From a virus (taxonomy: Duplodnaviria; Caudoviricetes): a stretch of 34,124 bases of DNA. The notes below the pieces were generated by a model that saw nothing but the letters and a program-made list of their open reading frames with translations, was not told the origin of the DNA and made no database searches. How positions within the stretch are numbered: the first letter of the stretch is position 1; each line of letters begins with the position of its first letter. The DNA lies in IMG/VR virus record IMGVR_UViG_3300030376_000574, positions 1 through 34,124 of that record. One strand, given 5' to 3'. Position numbers and translations under genes: made by a program. Positions 1 through 8,559 of this stretch are shown piece by piece.

Positions 1-1
1 T

Positions 2-1159
2 AGAATGGGAGATGGTATATTAGATGGTTATCCTATCATACAAGACCAAACAAGTCCTAATCTTGCACATATACCCACTACTAATTTAGTTCCTAATAGC
101 AAAACTGTAAGTTCTACAACAGGAACAACTGCCGAATATAATCAATTAGCTCCTGATGGTACTAATACCGCTTTAAAATTATCAGAAACTGCTGCAAATA
201 GCCAACACTATTCTTCTGTTAGCACTATACCTGTTGTTAATGGAGAAATATATACTATGTCTTTTCATATTAAAAAAGGTAATATAGATGAAGTTACGGT
301 TTTTACACAAAGTTCAAAAATAGCTGCAAATTTAAAATTTAAGTTTAGCACAAAAACTGTCTTATCAAATTCTGGTGCTGCTTATCCTGCAGTTGTTAAA
401 GAATTAGATAATGATTGGTTCAGAATAAGTTTTACAGGAACTTGTATAGCTACAGGAGAAATGGTATTATATCTACCTGTTGAAAATTTAAATACATATA
501 CAGGAGATACTGCTAACCATACATTTTATTGGGGGTGGCAAGTTGAAAAACAAAACCAACCAACACCTTATCTAAAGTCAGATGGTATAGCAGCAGTAAG
601 AAAATCATCTACTACTAACTTAATTTCTTATAGTGAAGATTTTAGTCAAGCTAGTCAATTACAAAATGTTACTTTAACTGCTAATGCTATTACAAGTCCA
701 ACAGGTACAAGTAATGGTACAAAAGTATTAAGTTCAGATAATAATAGTAAAGTATCTTATACAGGAATATCATTTACAAATGGCACTACTTATACTTTAA
801 GTGTATATTGTAGAAATATAGATGCTACTGCTTTAAAATTCTTTGTATTTAATGCAGGTGGTGGTGATATAACTGATGATTTTACAAGTCAAGTAAACAC
901 TACTTCTTGGACAAGAGTAAGTACAACATTTACTGCTAGTCAAACTACATCAAGTGGACAAGTACAATTTGCTAGAAACTTACCTAATGGAGAGTCTGCA
1001 TATTTTTGGGGCTTTCAGTTAGAAGAACAAACACAAGCAGAAACGTATGCTAAAACAACAGGATTACCTGTAACAATAGATTTATTTACAGAAAATAATT
1101 ACGGAACAATGACAAATATGAGTGCTTCTGATATAGTAGAAGATACTCCAAACAATTAA
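2..1159 (+). CDS. Tail fibre/adhesin-like protein, C-terminal part (5'-truncated), two carbohydrate-binding-like repeats
   Basis: Frame is open to the window edge (aga atg gga = RMGDG). Two repeats of the form TTNL..S...(S/A)P.GT....K...(F/Y)WG.Q.E...Y.K..G; Thr/Ser/Asn-rich beta composition. Confidence 0.7.
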   Translation, partial: RMGDGILDGYPIIQDQTSPNLAHIPTTNLVPNSKTVSSTTGTTAEYNQLAPDGTNTALKLSETAANSQHYSSVSTIPVVNGEIYTMSFHIKKGNIDEVTVFTQSSKIAANLKFKFSTKTVLSNSGAAYPAVVKELDNDWFRISFTGTCIATGEMVLYLPVENLNTYTGDTANHTFYWGWQVEKQNQPTPYLKSDGIAAVRKSSTTNLISYSEDFSQASQLQNVTLTANAITSPTGTSNGTKVLSSDNNSKVSYTGISFTNGTTYTLSVYCRNIDATALKFFVFNAGGGDITDDFTSQVNTTSWTRVSTTFTASQTTSSGQVQFARNLPNGESAYFWGFQLEEQTQAETYAKTTGLPVTIDLFTENNYGTMTNMSASDIVEDTPNN

Positions 1160-1163
1160 AATT

Positions 1164-1342
1164 ATGATATATACAACACCAATTCTCCTGCAACTGTAAG
1201 AAAGTCATTAGATGGTACATTATTTATTGCTAAATTTATGGGCGAAACTCCATCTTTTTTAGAAGGGTTAGACCAATATACTCACGAGGAGATATTAGCA
1301 ATAGTAAGAGGTTCTGATTGGACACCTGAAAATCCTGAGTAA
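1164..1342 (+). pseudogene. Small phage protein, frameshifted or internally deleted
   Basis: ATG1164 gives MIYTTPILLQL* (stop 1197-1199). The -1 frame from 1181 gives NSPATVRKSLDGTLFIAKFMGETPSFLEGLDQYTHEEILAIVRGSDWTPENPE*, which resembles small proteins found after LamG fibres in related phages. Confidence 0.6.
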
Positions 1343-1343
1343 T

Positions 1344-2033
1344 ATGCCTTGTTTAGAATGTGAAAACGGATTATGGAGGTTTGGAGAAAGTGGCAAGTGC
1401 CAATATTCTTCAAAAGCTGAGTGCGAAAGTGCTAATGCAGATTATTATGCAGAAGAAACGTATAGTGATTATCCTCAATCAGCAACTAACAATGCTAAGA
1501 AAGCAATAAAGTACAAAGAAGAAAACGGTAGTTCTTGTGGGACTAACGTGGGGTGGACAAGAGCTAGACAGCTCGCTAATAGAGAAAAACTTACAAGAAG
1601 CACTATTGCTCGTATGGCTTCTTTTAAGAGACACCAACAACACAAAGACGTGCCTTATGATGAAGGCTGTGGAGGACTAATGTGGGATTGTTGGGGAGGA
1701 ACAAGTGGTATAGAGTGGGCAATAAGAAAATTAGAGCAAATAGATAAAAATAATAATATGGCAGAAAAGAAAAAGTATTACGGAGACGAAGAACACGATT
1801 ATCATTTTAACTTTACTACTGATATGATGGAAAAATTACATTCAGAAGGAGAGTTAGAAGTAAGAGTTGAAGAAGATGGTAGAGAAATGTTAATCTTATT
1901 TACCTTTGAAGGTGGTCGTAAAGAAGAAGAAGTTATCATAGATAAAAATGATGATAAAATGATTGCATCTATGTTGGACGAAGAATTAGATGAGTATATC
2001 AATAAATTAACTGATTCTATTAAAAAACTGTAA
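1344..2033 (+). CDS. Conserved phage protein (head-morphogenesis-associated domain, function unknown)
   Basis: GTNVGWTRARQLANRE...RMASFKRH...WDCWGG...W motif block; Cys-rich N-terminus; acidic C-terminus. Confidence 0.6.
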   Translation: MPCLECENGLWRFGESGKCQYSSKAECESANADYYAEETYSDYPQSATNNAKKAIKYKEENGSSCGTNVGWTRARQLANREKLTRSTIARMASFKRHQQHKDVPYDEGCGGLMWDCWGGTSGIEWAIRKLEQIDKNNNMAEKKKYYGDEEHDYHFNFTTDMMEKLHSEGELEVRVEEDGREMLILFTFEGGRKEEEVIIDKNDDKMIASMLDEELDEYINKLTDSIKKL

Positions 2034-2437
2034 TGTCAGACGAAAAAAGAAAAAAGCTACAAGAAAAAAATATTAATAAACTCAATCCATACAAGGAAAG
2101 AGTAAAGAAGTATTTTCCTAATGGTGGTGAGATTTGTACTGAAGGTAGAAAAAAAGGAACAAAAATAGTTAGAAAAACTACAGAAATTAGCAGAAATGCC
2201 TTAACTTGGGCATTGGAAGGACATTCAACAAAAATAAAGATGGCTTTAGATTCTTTATTTGCTGAAAATCCTGAAGCATATATTAACGCTATATCTAAAT
2301 TGCTTAATTATACAGTTCCTAAACTTTCTTCATCAGAGATAAACGATAATACTACAAAGAAAGTCAAGATTGAACTTAATGATGATGTAAGCATTGAAGA
2401 TTTAAGAGCAAAAATTGACGAAATTGACAACAACTGA
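2033..2437 (+). CDS. Putative terminase small subunit
   Basis: 134 aa, directly upstream of and overlapping terL; GRKKG motif. Confidence 0.55.
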   Translation: MSDEKRKKLQEKNINKLNPYKERVKKYFPNGGEICTEGRKKGTKIVRKTTEISRNALTWALEGHSTKIKMALDSLFAENPEAYINAISKLLNYTVPKLSSSEINDNTTKKVKIELNDDVSIEDLRAKIDEIDNN

Positions 2438-3869
2438 TAATGCCTTAAAGTTTGCACTAGAAAAAAAACTTTGCGAACTATCTTTCTACGAATTTTTTAA
2501 ACAAGCTTGGCACGTTGTAGAACCTTCTATTGAGCTATCTACTAATTGGCATCACAAATACCTATGTGACATCTTGCAAAAAGAAGCTGAAAGAATTATA
2601 GCTAACAAGCCAAAAACAAAGGACATTGTAATTAACATACCTTTCCGTTCTACTAAATCACTTTTAGTAACTGTTATGTTTCCTGTATGGGCTTGGATTA
2701 AGAATCCTAAGTTTAGATTTATAACAGCATCATATTCTGCGGAGCTATCAATAGAACACGCTACAAGAAGTAGAGATGTAATAAATTCAGAATGGTTTAA
2801 AGACAGATGGGGTGAGGTGTTTCATATTAAGAAAGACCAAAACTTAAAAGCAAGATACGAGAACAACTTCTTAGGTGTAAGGAGAGCAACATCTGTTGGG
2901 GGTACGGTAACAGGGCAGGGGGGAGATTTTTTGTTGGTAGATGACCCTGTATCACCCCAACACGCAGCATCAGAAGTAGAAAGAGAAAATGCTAACGAAT
3001 GGTACAGAACAACATTTTATTCTCGTTTAAATAATCCGTTAACAGGAATAAGGATTGTTATTATGCAGAGAATACACGATAACGATTTAAGTGGGTTTTT
3101 ATTAAGTGGTGGTGAAAGCAGATTAAAATATAAACACATTTGTATACCTGCTGAATTATCAGATGATGTAAAGCCAAAAATGCTAAAAGATAATTATGAT
3201 GAAGATGGATTATTTTGGACAGACAGATTTAGCAAATCTATTTTAGCAGATTACAAACAAGCATTAGGTAGTTATGGTTATGCAGGTCAGCTTATGCAAA
3301 CGCCTACACCTCTAAACTCAGGTATGATTAGAGCAGATTGGTTTAAGATTGACCAATTTAAGCACACTACAGAGCATACAACAGTAGATTTTGTTATAGA
3401 CCCTGCATATACAGCAAATGAAAAGAATGACCCCTCAGCTATGCTTGCATATACATTTAAAGATAATAAATGGCAAATAATAGATTGTGTAAATGTATAC
3501 AAAGAGTTTCCTGATTTAGTTAGGTTTATACCTCAATGGGTAGCTAAGAATGGTTATACAAACAGAAGTAGGGTATATGTAGAACCTAAAGCATCAGGAA
3601 AATCTATTGTGCAAACACTAAAAAAAGAAACAGGATTAAATGTTAGAGAAGATAAGCCGCCTTCTAAAGATAAAGTAGCTAGAGTTCAAGATATTAGTGC
3701 TTCTTTAGAAACAGGAAGGGTAAGTTTATTGAAAGGAGATTGGAATGAAGAATTTTTACAACAATTAGTTAAGTTCCCATCAGCCAAACACGACGATATG
3801 GTAGATTGTTTAGTAATGGCTATTAATAAACATATGTGGAACAACTCTAAAATATTATATTTTTCCTAA
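2415..3869 (+). CDS. terL: Terminase large subunit
   Basis: Walker A-like INIPFRSTKS, Walker B LLVDDP, IVIMQRIH, RNase H-like nuclease VIDPA...EPKASG...HDDMVD. Confidence 0.95.
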   Translation: MTKLTTTDNALKFALEKKLCELSFYEFFKQAWHVVEPSIELSTNWHHKYLCDILQKEAERIIANKPKTKDIVINIPFRSTKSLLVTVMFPVWAWIKNPKFRFITASYSAELSIEHATRSRDVINSEWFKDRWGEVFHIKKDQNLKARYENNFLGVRRATSVGGTVTGQGGDFLLVDDPVSPQHAASEVERENANEWYRTTFYSRLNNPLTGIRIVIMQRIHDNDLSGFLLSGGESRLKYKHICIPAELSDDVKPKMLKDNYDEDGLFWTDRFSKSILADYKQALGSYGYAGQLMQTPTPLNSGMIRADWFKIDQFKHTTEHTTVDFVIDPAYTANEKNDPSAMLAYTFKDNKWQIIDCVNVYKEFPDLVRFIPQWVAKNGYTNRSRVYVEPKASGKSIVQTLKKETGLNVREDKPPSKDKVARVQDISASLETGRVSLLKGDWNEEFLQQLVKFPSAKHDDMVDCLVMAINKHMWNNSKILYFS

Positions 3870-3920
3870 AATTTCTTGGATTTCCAAAAACTTCTAGTAT
3901 TGCGAAATTATAAGGATAAT

Positions 3921-4349
3921 ATGAAGTTGCAAAGTATAAATGAAGAACACGAAGTCCTAATTAGGCGTTATGTAAACTTTATTAAAGGTGTGGCATACGA
4001 AGCAACAGAAGATTGTGAGTATGGCAAGTTTGAAGATTATAATAATATACTTAATAACATAATTAAGTATACAAATGAGTTTCAAGAGATAATAGAAAAT
4101 AATCATCAAACAAAAGAATGGGTGTTTATGTCACCTAATCTTATGCTATATTCGTGTATGGGTTTTTTAAATGGTATAAAAAACAAAGACAATAATGATA
4201 AAATAGAACATTTATCAGAAATATTGTTTGAAAAAACAATAGAAGTTGTAGAGAGAACTGCAACAATAGTAGAAAATATTGAGTACGAGCAATCTAAAAA
4301 AGAAAAAATAGAACTTATAAAAATAAAAAGAAATGAGCATAGTAATTAG
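3921..4349 (+). CDS. Hypothetical protein
   Basis: ORF; ATG3921 preferred over the track's TTG3876. Confidence 0.6.
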   Translation: MKLQSINEEHEVLIRRYVNFIKGVAYEATEDCEYGKFEDYNNILNNIIKYTNEFQEIIENNHQTKEWVFMSPNLMLYSCMGFLNGIKNKDNNDKIEHLSEILFEKTIEVVERTATIVENIEYEQSKKEKIELIKIKRNEHSN

Positions 4350-5034
4350 TCTTAAACAAGGTGACGAAAAAAGAGATATCACTATTCCAACTGAGTGGAA
4401 AGATATGACATTAGAATATTGGTGTGGTATGACAACAATAATAAAATCACATTTTGACAAAGCTAAACTAAGAAGAAATGCAAAAAACGACAAACAAGAA
4501 GAAATAGACCATACTTTAGAATATTTAGAGTTTACAGAAAATCAGTTAGAAGATTTTCAAAATATACAAATGAACAGAGACCTGTTTGGTTATATGACAG
4601 GCTTAGATAAAGATTCTATGAAACTTGTAGATATTTATAGTGTAAATCAAGTCATTAGCGTTTTAGATGGTCTTGTAGAAGAATACAAGCCAAAAGGTAT
4701 ACGTTCTTTTGAATGTGAGGGAGAAACATATTATTTTCCATCAGAATTTTTAAGACAAAACACTTATGGTGATTATATAGAAACTACACAATTAGAAATG
4801 TATATAGAGTCAATGAAACACGGTAGATTTGATGTACTACCTGAACAAATGGCTATACTATGCAGAAAGTTAGAAGAAGAATATGATGATGATGTTATAC
4901 CTGAAAAAACAAAAATGTTTAAAAAATTAACAATGGACGTCGTATGGGAGTTCGCTTTTTTTTTGACTCAGCAAAACATAAAATTAGCCAAACTTTCAAA
5001 TATGTATTCGGAGAAAAAAGAGCTAGTGAAATGA
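4333..5034 (+). CDS. Putative tail assembly chaperone (G-like)
   Basis: Acidic protein with IPTEWKDMTL N-terminus; ends shortly after EFAFFL encoded over a T9 slippery run. Confidence 0.6.
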   Translation: MSIVISLKQGDEKRDITIPTEWKDMTLEYWCGMTTIIKSHFDKAKLRRNAKNDKQEEIDHTLEYLEFTENQLEDFQNIQMNRDLFGYMTGLDKDSMKLVDIYSVNQVISVLDGLVEEYKPKGIRSFECEGETYYFPSEFLRQNTYGDYIETTQLEMYIESMKHGRFDVLPEQMAILCRKLEEEYDDDVIPEKTKMFKKLTMDVVWEFAFFLTQQNIKLAKLSNMYSEKKELVK

Positions 5035-5267
5035 TAGTAAAAACTAAAAGTTTATATGATGTTTATGTAAAGCCATTTGGTTGGCTTAACAGCCTTTATA
5101 TGCTTGCTGAGAAGGGTGTATTCAAACAAGATGGAATGAATGGCGTAGACAGCGTTAAAAACACTAATTTATATAAAGTTTTAAGCTATTTGAGTTGGAT
5201 AACAGCTAAAAACGAATACGAATCTAAAGTACAAGAAAAAATACACAATCCAAATAAAATAACTTAA
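4956..5267 (+). CDS. -1 frameshift extension (GT-like) of the chaperone
   Basis: Overlapping ORF in the -1 frame, open across T TTT TTT (4956-4962); contains FGWLNSLYMLA...VLSYLSW. Confidence 0.6.
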   Translation, partial: FFFDSAKHKISQTFKYVFGEKRASEMIVKTKSLYDVYVKPFGWLNSLYMLAEKGVFKQDGMNGVDSVKNTNLYKVLSYLSWITAKNEYESKVQEKIHNPNKIT

Positions 5268-6406
5268 TGGCAATACGATTAACAGACATAGTAACAGTAA
5301 TGAAAAGCAAGTGGACTTATGGAGATAAGTTTTTTGGCTATACAGAGGAATTTAACGATAATCATAATACACAATATCCATCAATATTAATAACACCTCC
5401 TGATTCAGTATTTCCTGAAGTATCTTTAAATAACGGTTGGGAGCTGTATACTTTTGAGATATATTTTTCTGATTTATATAATAGAACAGCACAAGCTAAT
5501 GTAAGTATAGAACAAAGGTGGGATAATTTGCAAGACTTAGCAAATGAGTGGTTAGATATGTTTTTAAAAAATTATCAAGATGGTATAGTAACAGGATTTT
5601 TAGAAGGTGAAGATGTAACTGTAGAAAGAGTTAAAGAAGTTGCTAATGACCAACTTTTACAAATTAGAATGAACTTTACTTGGAAGGTGTTTAGTAAGTG
5701 CTTTAGACCTCAATCTGTATATCCTACAGACATAGCTAATCTTGTAACTTGGTTAAGAGCAGATAGTGGATTGACATTTGACATACCTACTAAAAAGATT
5801 TCAGCTTGGGCAGATTATTCAGGTAACAATAATGGCTTAGAACAAGAAACTAAATCTAAACAGCCTTTAAGATATACATATGATGGTGCTAACGACAAAT
5901 CAAGAGTAGAATTTAATGGCACAACTGATATATTTGATTCAGTTAACAATTTACCTATAACATCACAATTTACAATATTTCAAGTAAGTAAAAACAATGG
6001 AAATACAGCAGCAAATATTTTAAGTTATGCAAATGCAGGTAAAAGCATAAAATTATCTTATACAAGTGATTCTGAATTGATAGCTTCAGTAAGTGACGGA
6101 ACAACTGTAATAAACGCAATATTAACAGGTTCTAATGCTTCTAATTATCATATTGGCACATACAGGCTACACAACAAAAGGTTGTATGTAGATTACGATT
6201 CTTTAGGCAGTTCTCTTTCTACAAGTGTGCAAGAATCTTCATATGATAATACAACAACATTTAATGATGCGATATATACAATAAGTAGCACATCACAATA
6301 TTTAAAAGCTAATTTACAAGAGTTTATAATTTTTAACACATCATTAGACGACTATACTATAGGACAAATAAAATCATACTTAAACAAAAAATATAATATT
6401 TATTAA
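5267..6406 (+). CDS. Tail terminator-like protein fused to a LamG-like domain
   Basis: N-terminal ~145 aa acidic with YPSILI; C-terminal LVTWLRADSG..ISAWADYSGNNN...LQEFIIFN...IKSYLNKKY typical of concanavalin-A/LamG folds. Confidence 0.6.
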   Translation: MAIRLTDIVTVMKSKWTYGDKFFGYTEEFNDNHNTQYPSILITPPDSVFPEVSLNNGWELYTFEIYFSDLYNRTAQANVSIEQRWDNLQDLANEWLDMFLKNYQDGIVTGFLEGEDVTVERVKEVANDQLLQIRMNFTWKVFSKCFRPQSVYPTDIANLVTWLRADSGLTFDIPTKKISAWADYSGNNNGLEQETKSKQPLRYTYDGANDKSRVEFNGTTDIFDSVNNLPITSQFTIFQVSKNNGNTAANILSYANAGKSIKLSYTSDSELIASVSDGTTVINAILTGSNASNYHIGTYRLHNKRLYVDYDSLGSSLSTSVQESSYDNTTTFNDAIYTISSTSQYLKANLQEFIIFNTSLDDYTIGQIKSYLNKKYNIY

Positions 6407-6408
6407 TT

Positions 6409-8559
6409 ATGGCAAAATATAAAGGAACTATTATAGCAGGCATACAACCTTTTGACGTAAACACTTCTAATTTAGCTAATATGAGTTATGGTTGGAGGGC
6501 GAACTATGTAAAAAGTGCTAATACACAAATGCGATATCAAGTAATATGGAATGGTTTAAATGAAAATCAAACTCCTTCAGCTAGTGGTTTTAATGCGCAA
6601 AACAATAAAGGAGAAATTGTAAATATGGTTTTCAGAGTATATGCTTCTACTCAATTTCCTTATCCTGTTTCTATTGCAAGTTGGGATTTAGTGGCGACAA
6701 TAAAAAAATCAAGAGATTTAGCAAACAAAAGTTATATATCAGGTCAACCTCCACTTTCAAACCAAAGATTTACTATAGACATTAGTGCGTTGTGTCAAGA
6801 TTTACTTTCCTATAGTTTAGTTCCTATAAACAAAGGAACTTGGCAAAGCTCTCAATGGGGTGGTATGAATGGCGGAACTACCGCCCAAGACAATGTTACA
6901 GAAACAATAAGCAATTATAATGTAACACCAAACGGAACTTATAGGCATATTTTAGTAAAAGCTATTCCTGAAGTTATTTTAGCTAATGGTACTATTAGTG
7001 AGGTTACAGGTCAAAGCCCTATACTTTTTAACAAAATAGCTGTTATAAATTCTGTAGCTCAATATGAGCAACAAGATATTTATTATAATTTAAAATATAT
7101 AGTTCAAAGATATGGAGCAAGTACAAACTTTCCTAGAGGATTTATGAGCTTATGTCCGAACTATACTGTAACAACTAGCGTTCCATTTTTAAAACAAGTA
7201 AGAGAAGATGAAGAAGCTGAGTGGCTATATTGGTGGCAAAGAGATATGGGTATCCCAGAAGATGTAAATGCAGGAATAGCAAATCAACAAACAACAAAAG
7301 CAAGATTAAAGGTAGAAACATATTTAAGTAACGGTTCTTTACAAAATACTATGTATATGTCTGATTTTAATTCTAATTTAGATACTGAACCACAAAACGC
7401 TTTAGATGTTTTTAAATTAAGACAGAAAAGAATATGTGTGCAAAATGTTTCTCCTGTTTACATAAATGCTAATGCTAAAGATGATGCAGGTAATGCGCTT
7501 ACTAATCAAATAGACAGTAACACTTCATATTACAAAACACATTTAGAATATTTAAATGCTGAAGATAACTTTATAATAAATGGTGATTTTCTTAATGGTT
7601 CTAGTGGTTGGGTTGGCACATCAACATATCCTATTGTAATAAGTGGAGGGGTAGCTACATTTACAATAACAGGTGGTAGTTATGCTAAACTAAACCCATC
7701 AGTACAACCAACTTATGTGTCAGGTACAGTTTATAAGCTAATGGCAACTGTAAATGGCACAGCAGGACAAAGTATGAGGTTTAGAGATGATACAGCTAAT
7801 AATGGTGGTCTTACTTCATCTAATGGTCAAGTTCTTATGACAGGTTCAGAACAAAAAGTAGAATTTACTTGGACTGCAAATGCAAATTCTGATGAAATAG
7901 TTATAGAAAGACAAACATCAAGTGGTAATTATAGTTTTACTGTAACTAATATATCTTTACAGGCTAATCCAACAACAGTAAGAGCAACAGAATATAGATA
8001 TTTTGGTATTGATAGAGAAACTGCTAATGTTCCTTTTGGTTTTGTAAGGTTTCATTGGTTAAATAGAATAGGTGGCATAGATAGCTATACAGCTAAAAGA
8101 AATGTAACAGAAGGTTTAAAAGTAAAAAAATCTACAATAGAAACAAAATCTGCAGATAGAACTTGGTATCAAGACGACCAACTATCAGGGGGTACTGCTG
8201 TTAATAATGAAAATTATGTTTCTAATACAATGAGAGGTGGTAATTTGTATAAAGGTGGTAGAGAGGTTCTTAATGTAACAGCAGAAAGAAACAATAGCGT
8301 TTTTACAGAACCTTTAAATAAACAAACTGCAGAATGGTTAGAAGAAATAATTACTTCACCAAATGTATGGATAGAAATGGATACAGATGCAACAGCAAGA
8401 GGTAATACTGTAAACCCTTATCAAAGACCTTCTACTAAAGAATATATTCCTGTTGTTATAACTAACAATGAGATAGAAACTTTAAATCAAGATTCAGGAT
8501 TGGTCAAGTTTAATTTAGAATATACTTTGTCTCATAAAGTACAAACACAAAGAAACTAA
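6409..8559 (+). CDS. Tail structural protein with inserted carbohydrate-binding-like module
   Basis: C-terminal RFHWLNRIGGIDSY...WLEEIITSPNVW motif of Bacteroidota phage tail proteins; internal NFIINGDF...W module. Confidence 0.65.
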   Translation: MAKYKGTIIAGIQPFDVNTSNLANMSYGWRANYVKSANTQMRYQVIWNGLNENQTPSASGFNAQNNKGEIVNMVFRVYASTQFPYPVSIASWDLVATIKKSRDLANKSYISGQPPLSNQRFTIDISALCQDLLSYSLVPINKGTWQSSQWGGMNGGTTAQDNVTETISNYNVTPNGTYRHILVKAIPEVILANGTISEVTGQSPILFNKIAVINSVAQYEQQDIYYNLKYIVQRYGASTNFPRGFMSLCPNYTVTTSVPFLKQVREDEEAEWLYWWQRDMGIPEDVNAGIANQQTTKARLKVETYLSNGSLQNTMYMSDFNSNLDTEPQNALDVFKLRQKRICVQNVSPVYINANAKDDAGNALTNQIDSNTSYYKTHLEYLNAEDNFIINGDFLNGSSGWVGTSTYPIVISGGVATFTITGGSYAKLNPSVQPTYVSGTVYKLMATVNGTAGQSMRFRDDTANNGGLTSSNGQVLMTGSEQKVEFTWTANANSDEIVIERQTSSGNYSFTVTNISLQANPTTVRATEYRYFGIDRETANVPFGFVRFHWLNRIGGIDSYTAKRNVTEGLKVKKSTIETKSADRTWYQDDQLSGGTAVNNENYVSNTMRGGNLYKGGREVLNVTAERNNSVFTEPLNKQTAEWLEEIITSPNVWIEMDTDATARGNTVNPYQRPSTKEYIPVVITNNEIETLNQDSGLVKFNLEYTLSHKVQTQRN

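Noticed and set aside
2898-2927. G-rich tract in terL
   Set aside because: Explained by the conserved GGTVTGQGGD motif.
3876-3920. TTG starts at 3876 and 28239
   Set aside because: They overlap a putative promoter or stem-loop; downstream ATGs have typical A-rich leaders.
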